Shown here: positions 39,851 to 47,618 of the stretch, in pieces | Layout of the letters: the number at the start of each line of letters is the position of its first letter | Position numbering within the stretch: position 1 is the stretch's first letter | NCBI GenBank assembly: GCA_028718635.1 | Contig: JAQULK010000001.1 | Coordinates: forward strand, 479,755-543,754 | From: Minisyncoccota bacterium | GTDB lineage: Bacteria; Patescibacteriota; Minisyncoccia; Phycocordibacterales; UBA9973 | Length of the DNA: 64,000 nt | Direction: 5' to 3' | Notes under the pieces: model-generated | Database searches by the model: none | What the model was told of the DNA's origin: nothing | Seen by the model: the letters and a program-made list of their open reading frames with translations, nothing else | Position numbers and translations under genes: made by a program

Positions 39851-41617
39851 TCAATATACTTCACTTTGATAGCATCGTTCACAATAAACTATCTCTTTCT
39901 TTGCTGAAATATGTCCGGTCTTAAATTCTTCTTTGCATGGTTCGTCTCCATGAAAGTGTTTTATGGTATTTTTGTATATATTAGTTTTATCACTTGAACC
40001 AGCACACATACAAGATCTTTTTTCTAATTTTAATTTCAACCTATCTTCTATTCTTCTTTCAAATCTACATTCATGACACAAGGTCGGAAGCGGAAGATTT
40101 TCTTTTTTATAAAACAAAAACTCATTTTCTAGAATTTTATATGGATTTTTACATTTTTCACATTCTATAACTTCTTTTAGGATTTCATCATCAATTTCAG
40201 TTATTGATTCTGTAAGTTCTGATGCTTTTTTTGTTATTTTATATTCTCCCCTAGGTACATCTATCCATAAATACCCTTTATTTTTTGCCTCAGCCTCAGT
40301 AAGTGGAAAATGTTGTATAGCGACAGTATTATTGTAGCCAAGTGGAGAAAGTTCTATAGGAAAAAATTCTCCGTATTTATATACAAGACCTTGTGAATCC
40401 ACATAGGGCATATCTTCCATGTGTTTTTTTATTTGAGGAATAAGTTTTTCATATTCTTCTTTAGAATATTGCTTATTTAAAATACAATATTGTTTCTTTT
40501 TTAACCCAACACAACCAAAACAATCAGACGAACTAAAAAGATGATGACAGTATTCATTATTTCTTGATGAAGGCCAACAACTACGTGAAAATTTATTATT
40601 ATAGGAATTTTCACCACATTCTAAAGTTTCATAATTTAATTCAGTATGCTCTCCCCAGTTGCAAGAATCATAGTTATCCTTATTTCCTGGTACTTGCATA
40701 TACTGACAATAACGCATATTTTCACTTTCTCTTATTAAATAGCTATCATTTACATTTTTACAATTCGTCACATGAGAACCACTTGAATTTAAATTTTTAA
40801 GACCGTGTTGATATTTTGTCGGCTGAGTTAGCCAAAATAAACGTGCTTTTTTTCTTGCCTCTAAAATTCCAGAAGTAGAATTCAAATTCATTTTCTTTAT
40901 TTCTTTTTCATATTCTTCTTTTGTATATTTTTTATTAAAAATACAATAAGATAATTTACGCAAATTTGCACAACCAAAACAATCATTACATCCTAAGCAA
41001 TTACGACAAAAATAAAGATTATATGATTCTGCGCACATTATAGAAAAATAGCACTGATAACAATTTTCCAACCAAAAACATTCATAACAACGTTCGCAAT
41101 TTTTAATATGAGAATTATCAACACAATTCTTGCAGGAATCTACGCCATTTCCATACATACAATCCTCAGAATAATTTGAATTCACAATCAAATAACTGTT
41201 TTTTATATAAGACGCATTAAAAACATACGGACTATTATTAATAAAAGTATTATTAAAATTATATACAGGTACAACCTTACTTAATTCTTCTATTTGTTGA
41301 AAAAATGGCTTAGTAAAGTCAATATCTAAAGCATGCTCCATTGGATCCCAATTATCTCCAAACCATTCTTCTCGAGTCATTATTTTTCTTCCACTTTCTG
41401 CAGGGTAAGTAGAGAACATATTTTCACCCGTTAAAAAATTTTTTACTTTGAATAATTTTCTTTCATTTCTCCAAGCTAACCGTCTTTGTGCGCGACACAT
41501 AGGACAAAAAGTTGGAGGTGGAACCTTCATTTTTTCATAGAAATTAAAATCCTCCGGTTCTATTGGGAAATTTTCCTTGCAGTTTTGACATATTCTATTT
41601 TCTGTAATATACGCCAT
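39851..41617 (-). CDS. cysteine-rich zinc-ribbon-flanked protein, paralog 3 of 3
   Basis: 588 aa; RICQNCKENF...FCPMCRAQRRLAWRNER N-ribbon; LCHECRFERRIEDR...CERCYQSEVY C-ribbon; C-x2-C clusters and YCILNKQYSKEEYEKL repeat. Confidence 0.6.
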   Translation of the reverse strand: MAYITENRICQNCKENFPIEPEDFNFYEKMKVPPPTFCPMCRAQRRLAWRNERKLFKVKNFLTGENMFSTYPAESGRKIMTREEWFGDNWDPMEHALDIDFTKPFFQQIEELSKVVPVYNFNNTFINNSPYVFNASYIKNSYLIVNSNYSEDCMYGNGVDSCKNCVDNSHIKNCERCYECFWLENCYQCYFSIMCAESYNLYFCRNCLGCNDCFGCANLRKLSYCIFNKKYTKEEYEKEIKKMNLNSTSGILEARKKARLFWLTQPTKYQHGLKNLNSSGSHVTNCKNVNDSYLIRESENMRYCQYMQVPGNKDNYDSCNWGEHTELNYETLECGENSYNNKFSRSCWPSSRNNEYCHHLFSSSDCFGCVGLKKKQYCILNKQYSKEEYEKLIPQIKKHMEDMPYVDSQGLVYKYGEFFPIELSPLGYNNTVAIQHFPLTEAEAKNKGYLWIDVPRGEYKITKKASELTESITEIDDEILKEVIECEKCKNPYKILENEFLFYKKENLPLPTLCHECRFERRIEDRLKLKLEKRSCMCAGSSDKTNIYKNTIKHFHGDEPCKEEFKTGHISAKKEIVYCERCYQSEVY

Positions 41618-41628
41618 AGCTGATATGT

Positions 41629-44600
41629 TTATTTCATTTTATTTGAAAAATTATGATAAGCATCATATAACTTTCTCACACTCGTTTCCACTACCTTATT
41701 CCCGACACGGCGGGCAAGTTTTCCATCTGCAATAATAAATTTATTATCTTTAGTCGTTTTACCCAGTTTAGTGCAAGGGATATCCTTCATCATTTTTTCA
41801 AAAGCGGAGACATTTCTCGGCGACACAGAAACTAAAATTCTCCCATGGCTCTCTGAAAATAACTTTATATCTGTGGGTAAAAAGGAAGCCTTGCTTCCTT
41901 CTTGAGGATTACTTAGAGAAATATCGCATCCAATCATTCCTCCCACGCAGGATTTGGCGAGCGCTATTCCTAGCCCGCCAGAATTTACAGGCATAGCCGA
42001 GGCTATTAATTCTTTTTGAATTGCTTTTTCCAAAGCGCAATAAATTTTTATATTTTTCTTTAAATCTACGTTAGGCACGTTTCCTAAATTCCCCTCTTGA
42101 GGGGTGCCTTTGGCGGGGTGGATCATTTTTAAATATTCTCCCCCACCAAGTTCATCTTTCGTTTCTCCAAGTAAATAAATTATATCGCCAACATTTTTGA
42201 ATTCTGGAGAAACAGTTTTATTCAAATCAGGCATAATGCTGATGGCTGAAATAAGAAGAGTCGGCGGAATGGAAACGGCCACAGGATTCCCTTTCTCATC
42301 GTAACCTTTGAAATCATTAAACATACTATCTTTGCCGGATATGAACGGCGTACCATAGCCCACAGCATAGTCATAACAAGCCTTAACGGAGGCCACGAGC
42401 TGAGCCAAGCGTTTTGGATCGTTGGAAGAACACCAACAGAAATTATCTAGAATTGCCATATGTGAAAGCGTTCCTCCTGCTGAAATAGCATTTCTAATAG
42501 CAGTATCTATAGCGCAGGAAGCCATATGGTAAGTACTAATGTCTCCATATGAAGGATATGTACTTGAAGATAAGACGACACCTTTATTTGAATTTAAAAC
42601 TGGCCGAAAAACTTGCGCCTCAGTATTTATGCGACCTCTTCCAGAAAGCGGTTTTAAAACAGAAGATCCTTGGACTTCGTGGTCATACTGCTCTGAAATA
42701 AAAGAAAATCCGCTAATATTTTTATTAACTAGTAAATTTTCTAGGACTTTGGTATATGTTTCCCCCCTCTCCTTATTAAGGAGAGGGGCTGGGGGTGAGG
42801 TGAATTTAATCGGTTCTGTATGCAAATGCTGTTTCGGTAAGCCATCATGCAAGAAATCCATAGGGATATCCATAATCTTTCTTGTCCGTCCTTTGGCGGA
42901 TTGCTTCCAATTAACAATACATTTTCCGGAATTTGTGAATTCACCTATCACTGTCGCTTCTACTCCCCGACTTTCCATCAATTTTTCAAATATTTTCCAA
43001 TTTTTCTTTGGCACAGATAAAGTCATACGTTCTTGTGATTCTGAGATCCAGATTTCCCATGGGCGAAGACTCGGATATTTCAAAGGAACTTTTTCGAGAG
43101 TAACTTTCGCCCCGCCGCACTCTTTTGCCATTTCAGCCACCGAACAAGAAATTCCTCCAGCGCCATTATCCGTGATGCTATTATATAAATTCATATCTCG
43201 CGCTTCTTTTATTATTGCATCACTTAATTTTTTCTGAGTTATTGGGTCACCGATCTGCACCGCAGTTGCCGGAGAACTGGAATCCATCACAACCGAAGAA
43301 AAAGTCGCTCCGTGAATGCCATCGAGCCCTACTTTTCCGCCGATCATCACAATATAATCTCCTGCCTGTGCCTTTTTAATATGAGAAGGTCGGGTTTTTG
43401 TTCCTGACTTAGGTAGGTTCCTTGGGATTAATCCCACTGTCCCAGCAAAAACTAAAGGCTTGCCTCTATATCTGTCGTCATAATGTACGAAACCGTTTAA
43501 AGTCGGTATACCGGAACAATTTCCTCCTACATTTATTCCTTTTACTACTCCTTCCATGATGCGTTTAGGTGACAACATTTTATTTTTCAAATCTTTATCA
43601 CGGAAAAGAGGTCTTTTATCCTCAGGATTGCCAAAACAAAAACCATAAATATTTGCTACGGGCTTTGCGCCTAGACCAAAGCCAATCGTGTCTCGATTTA
43701 CTCCCACGATACCCGTGATAGCTCCGCCAAATGGATCTAAGGCTGAAGGACTGTTGTGGGTTTCTACTTTATGCGTTATCAAATAATCTTTATCAAAAAT
43801 TATTCCACCAGAATTATCAGAAAACACAGAAACGCAAAAATCATTTTTACCTTTTTGTTTACGAATTATGCTTGTTGCGCCTTTTATGTAAGTTTTATAC
43901 AAACCATCCTTAATATCATCGATCGGATTTGCAAAAATAGTGTGTTTGCAATGCTCAGACCATGTTTGTGCGAGAGATTCCAATTCGATATCCGTCGGAT
44001 CTCGTTTAAGTTTTCTGAAATGTGCTTGAATTACTTTCATTGAGGCCAGATCGAGAGCCAAAGGACCTCGTCTTGCGCCTGTTCCGTCCAATATTCCTTC
44101 TTTGCCGATTTTTATAAGTTCTTCGTCGGGCACTTTTAAAGAAACATTAATTACCGGAGTAGTCTTTTTTAAAACAACCTTAGGCACCTCTAAGGGCAAA
44201 CCTTTCTTTTTTAGGTCAACAAAACTTATTATGTGTGAACGTTCGATCAGTGGATTGTGAAGTGACAAAGCAATTTTTTCTACCTCTTTCAACTTAGAAT
44301 TTGAAACTAAATAAATTTTAGAAGTATAGACAGCGAGATCATTTTTATTTTTTAGATGCAACAAGTCTAAAATAGTTTCCTCTACAGTATGCCCGACGTT
44401 ATCTGTGACTCCGGGCTTGAAACCTATTTCAATGGCATAGGTAAACTTATGTGTTGTTGGCTTCACCCGTAGGTCTATAGCCGAGGGAAATTTGTTTATT
44501 GAAAATTCTTCGAGGATGGGATTAGTGAGAGCTTGGGCTATCTTGAGAATTTTATCTCTTGAGTCACTTGCTAATTTGTGTGAAATTAAATAAGAGCTTA

Positions 44601-44646
44601 TAAAGCCAATCTTTTCTTTTGGCGTCACATATATTCGGGAAATCAT
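41629..44646 (-). CDS. purL: FGAM synthase II (PurL), likely with fused N-terminal PurS-like segment; carries in-frame palindromic insert
   Basis: PurM-like N/C repeat domains (GAAHDVSDGG-like motifs), 1005 aa; residues ...FTSPPAPLLNKERGETY... are encoded by palindromic element 42760-42802. Confidence 0.85.
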   Translation of the reverse strand: MISRIYVTPKEKIGFISSYLISHKLASDSRDKILKIAQALTNPILEEFSINKFPSAIDLRVKPTTHKFTYAIEIGFKPGVTDNVGHTVEETILDLLHLKNKNDLAVYTSKIYLVSNSKLKEVEKIALSLHNPLIERSHIISFVDLKKKGLPLEVPKVVLKKTTPVINVSLKVPDEELIKIGKEGILDGTGARRGPLALDLASMKVIQAHFRKLKRDPTDIELESLAQTWSEHCKHTIFANPIDDIKDGLYKTYIKGATSIIRKQKGKNDFCVSVFSDNSGGIIFDKDYLITHKVETHNSPSALDPFGGAITGIVGVNRDTIGFGLGAKPVANIYGFCFGNPEDKRPLFRDKDLKNKMLSPKRIMEGVVKGINVGGNCSGIPTLNGFVHYDDRYRGKPLVFAGTVGLIPRNLPKSGTKTRPSHIKKAQAGDYIVMIGGKVGLDGIHGATFSSVVMDSSSPATAVQIGDPITQKKLSDAIIKEARDMNLYNSITDNGAGGISCSVAEMAKECGGAKVTLEKVPLKYPSLRPWEIWISESQERMTLSVPKKNWKIFEKLMESRGVEATVIGEFTNSGKCIVNWKQSAKGRTRKIMDIPMDFLHDGLPKQHLHTEPIKFTSPPAPLLNKERGETYTKVLENLLVNKNISGFSFISEQYDHEVQGSSVLKPLSGRGRINTEAQVFRPVLNSNKGVVLSSSTYPSYGDISTYHMASCAIDTAIRNAISAGGTLSHMAILDNFCWCSSNDPKRLAQLVASVKACYDYAVGYGTPFISGKDSMFNDFKGYDEKGNPVAVSIPPTLLISAISIMPDLNKTVSPEFKNVGDIIYLLGETKDELGGGEYLKMIHPAKGTPQEGNLGNVPNVDLKKNIKIYCALEKAIQKELIASAMPVNSGGLGIALAKSCVGGMIGCDISLSNPQEGSKASFLPTDIKLFSESHGRILVSVSPRNVSAFEKMMKDIPCTKLGKTTKDNKFIIADGKLARRVGNKVVETSVRKLYDAYHNFSNKMK
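42760..42802. repeat. palindromic GGAGAGGGG-family element, copy c, inside purL reading frame
   Basis: cccccctctccttattaaggagaggggctgggggtgagg; perfect 12-bp stem; ORF stays open through it. Confidence 0.55.
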
Positions 44647-44745
44647 ATAAGTATATATTATAATATGTGAGAATTAAAGACAAATATTTGTTTTTTACTA
44701 TTAGTTATTGTATGGTATAAAAAATTGAAAGGAGGTTATGTTCTT

Positions 44746-44961
44746 ATGAAAAATAATTTTTTGAGATTAGGGCCTATTACTAAAAAGGCAATGAATCTGC
44801 CTGGGGCAAAATTAATCAGAAGTACAGAGGGGGTAAGAATTTCCTTCGTTGTACCTGAAACAGGTAAGGTTTCAAGAGGATGCTTTTATTCCTCAGGTGA
44901 AGCAGCCGCACGAAGAGCACTTTCTAGGTGGGAGAGATTGCAAAAAAAGAAGAAGAAGTAG
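44746..44961 (+). CDS. small basic hypothetical protein with canonical AGGAGG RBS
   Basis: ATG 44746 preceded by aaaggaggtt; 71 aa ending in K-rich tail. Confidence 0.35.
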   Translation: MKNNFLRLGPITKKAMNLPGAKLIRSTEGVRISFVVPETGKVSRGCFYSSGEAAARRALSRWERLQKKKKK

Positions 44962-44972
44962 GAAAAAGAATT

Positions 44973-45016
44973 TATGCGTTAGAGAGAGTAAAGCTCTCTC
45001 TAACGCATTTTTATTT
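44973..45016. terminator. bidirectional rho-independent terminator (tatgcgttagagagag taaag ctctctctaacgcat + T-run)
   Basis: 15-bp stem, 5-nt loop, T-tract; between convergent small ORF and trmB-like gene. Confidence 0.65.
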
Positions 45017-45785
45017 ATAAATTTTTCCAATTATATTCAAAGATCAATTTTTGAGTGTGATAAATCTCTTGATTCTCTATCACTACGCCGACAGGATTCT
45101 CTGCATTATCTAGACTAATATGCGCTACTTTATTTCCACCATAAATTATTTCATAAGTGGAACGCAAATCCTCCTGCCCTTTACTACTTTTACTGCTTGA
45201 TAATTGCATCCATTTTCTTTCATCTAGGCCTACGGTATTACCCCCTTCACCAAGTGCGATTGTTTTAACTTTAATTTTTCTTCGAATTCTTTTATTACTA
45301 AAATCCCTCATTGCCTGATACACATTTTTCCTGACTGTGGCAGAAGAATAGACATAATAAGTTTTATCTTTGACCTTATCCATACTTTTCAAAACATCTT
45401 CGAGGATGTGCCTAATGCCTATCACTCCCTCATATAATTTTACTACTGGTTTCCCTCCTTGTTTTTCAAAGATAGTTTTAAAAAGTGGCAAGCTTTCCTC
45501 GATATTTTCTTTCACTTCCTTGAGCTCTTCTTGTTTTTTGTCTATCACTGCGAGTAAGGTTTCCGGTCGTTCGGCTATAAAATATTGTTTTGATTCTTTG
45601 TTGTAATAGGAAATGATTCCCAGATTGATCAAGGATTTTAAAATATCATAAGTAGTACCGCGATTTATTTTTGCTTTTTGGGATATTGTCCGCACAGAGG
45701 AAGACCCGAGCTCGATCAAAGCCAAATATACAGCTATTTCTTTTTCTGAAAGACCAAAATTTTTTAAAGCAACTTGAACCTGCAT
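45015..45785 (-). CDS. TrmB-family transcriptional regulator
   Basis: N-terminal wHTH LSEKEIAVYLALIELGSSSVRTISQKAKINRGTTYDILKSL typical of TrmB. Confidence 0.7.
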   Translation of the reverse strand: MQVQVALKNFGLSEKEIAVYLALIELGSSSVRTISQKAKINRGTTYDILKSLINLGIISYYNKESKQYFIAERPETLLAVIDKKQEELKEVKENIEESLPLFKTIFEKQGGKPVVKLYEGVIGIRHILEDVLKSMDKVKDKTYYVYSSATVRKNVYQAMRDFSNKRIRRKIKVKTIALGEGGNTVGLDERKWMQLSSSKSSKGQEDLRSTYEIIYGGNKVAHISLDNAENPVGVVIENQEIYHTQKLIFEYNWKNL

Positions 45786-46000
45786 ATATGTATATTATAT
45801 TTTTATGACTAATTTGTCAACTTTTCTCCTGCAGTTTATTGATATTTTGCTAAAACCCTTTGTTTATTAGATTTTTATATAAAAAACTAAAGTAAATTTT
45901 CTACACATTTGACACAGTTATTACTTTTTTACTATTCTAGAGATAGATAAAAATCGCAAATCGAAAATAAAATAAAAATAAAAAAGGATAAGGAGGATTT

Positions 46001-46954
46001 ATGAAAAGACCTAGAGTTGCTGTTCCTTTTGATGCTGTAGTAGGAGTATCAGTTAACTCCGAATTTGAATTAGTAGTCAAAGATACACCAGGGCCGAAGA
46101 AAGAATTGGATATAAGCCTTTGTTCGTGTCCATCAGGTTCCTCAGGCAATGCAGATGGAGCGATCAGAAATTTAGGAGGACATTCAAGCCTTGTGGGTCT
46201 GGTTGAAGTCAACTATGACAAAGAAGAAGAAACTCTTGAGAGTTTACTTCTCAAGAGAGTAGTTAAGCAGAGCGGAGTATCATTTACACCAGTCCCCGTC
46301 CTTTCTAAAACCAACATCGCCGCAATTCCGATTATTAAGGGTAGTAATGGCCAGGTGTGGGGAAAGAAGGGTGAGATCATTCACTCTGAAGTGTCTCAAG
46401 CACTACAGATTCTTTCAGGACCAGAAGTCGGCATTGGCCCAAAAACCTTTGTTGTAATTACCGGTCTTCGTGCTGTAGAATTGCCGTTCGCTAAGGCACT
46501 TCTTTCTCAAGCACAAAAAGGTTATAGCGTATTAAACGCGAAAGAATCTTTTTGTAAAAGCAGAGAATTCAAGAAGATATTACCTTTAGTGGACCTTCTT
46601 GTGCTTAACCAGCGCGAATTCTTTAGCACGGGTATGTGTTTTTCAGAGATTTATGATTGTGGTCCAACACACATGGTGATGACTGACTCAGACAAAGGAG
46701 GGATGCTTTATTTTGGTCGCGGATACTATGAAAAATTTGCTCCTGTTAAATTTCCTAACAATAATTATGAAACAGGAGCGGGAGATTGGTTTTTAGGAGC
46801 ATTGGTTTCTGAATTGATAAGGCGTAAAATATCAACAGAAACCATGACTCTCAATAAGTTCAGAAATGTGGTTGCTTTCGCGGCACGTGTCGCAGGAAAG
46901 AAAATCACCATGACGGGCGGAGGGAATGGCCCTTCGCGGCACCAACTCCGTTAG
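46001..46954 (+). CDS. PfkB-family carbohydrate kinase (ribokinase-like)
   Basis: C-terminal ETGAGDWFLGALV anion-hole motif (DTxGAGD); AGGAGG RBS 6 nt upstream; locally higher GC than neighbours. Confidence 0.7.
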   Translation: MKRPRVAVPFDAVVGVSVNSEFELVVKDTPGPKKELDISLCSCPSGSSGNADGAIRNLGGHSSLVGLVEVNYDKEEETLESLLLKRVVKQSGVSFTPVPVLSKTNIAAIPIIKGSNGQVWGKKGEIIHSEVSQALQILSGPEVGIGPKTFVVITGLRAVELPFAKALLSQAQKGYSVLNAKESFCKSREFKKILPLVDLLVLNQREFFSTGMCFSEIYDCGPTHMVMTDSDKGGMLYFGRGYYEKFAPVKFPNNNYETGAGDWFLGALVSELIRRKISTETMTLNKFRNVVAFAARVAGKKITMTGGGNGPSRHQLR

Positions 46955-47045
46955 TAGTTGGAATATCGAAGTATTATCACAAGCCTGCTTTGCGACACTA
47001 TGTGTTTGCGAAGTGGGCTTGTTTATTTTATGCTATATTATATTT

Positions 47046-47618
47046 ATGAAATTTATTTTTGATTTTGATGATGTGTTGTTTTACAATAGCGATAAGCTAA
47101 AAAAACGTATATATTTTTGTTTAGATAAAGCGGGTATTCCTTATGGTACCGCCGAAGCTTATTATAAAAAAGTTCGAGGGGGAGAATTTTCTTTAAAGGA
47201 TTTTTTATCTGAACTAGTAGATCTTGAAAATAAAAAGGATATCGAAGCAGAAGAATTACATGAAGAAATAATGAGTGAATGCCCTAATTTTATCAATACT
47301 GAATTAGTGAATCTTGTACAAAAATTCGGAAAAGAAAATTGTTATCTAGTAACTTATGGTGGATATGAACATAATAAAAATAAAGTGGAAAGAAGTGGAC
47401 TCGCTCCTTTATTTTCTGAAATTCATATAGTGTCAAAAAGTAAAAAGGAAGCTGTAGAGAAAATATGCGCCAAACATAAAGATGAAAAAGTAATATTTAT
47501 AGACGATAAAATAAAACATTTTGAAAATTTAGATTTTAAAAAATATCCCAATTTACAAACGATACTTTTTGATGACAATGGTTTTGAGAAATTTCTTTCT
47601 ATTTTACCCCCTCTGTAA
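47046..47618 (+). CDS. HAD-superfamily hydrolase (putative phosphatase)
   Basis: Motif I FIFDFDDVLF at N-terminus, motif IV-like FIDDKIKHF near C-terminus; start at ATG 47046. Confidence 0.5.
   Translation: MKFIFDFDDVLFYNSDKLKKRIYFCLDKAGIPYGTAEAYYKKVRGGEFSLKDFLSELVDLENKKDIEAEELHEEIMSECPNFINTELVNLVQKFGKENCYLVTYGGYEHNKNKVERSGLAPLFSEIHIVSKSKKEAVEKICAKHKDEKVIFIDDKIKHFENLDFKKYPNLQTILFDDNGFEKFLSILPPL

Noticed and set aside
44973-45016. Treating the terminator at 44973-45016 as a confirmed member of the CCYGTTAGARAY MITE family
   Set aside because: It shares the GTTAGAGA/TCTCTAAC core and a TATGC start with the 3557-3687 element, but it has a T-run and sits between convergent genes like an ordinary terminator. 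The similarity is noted in findings but not annotated as a mobile element
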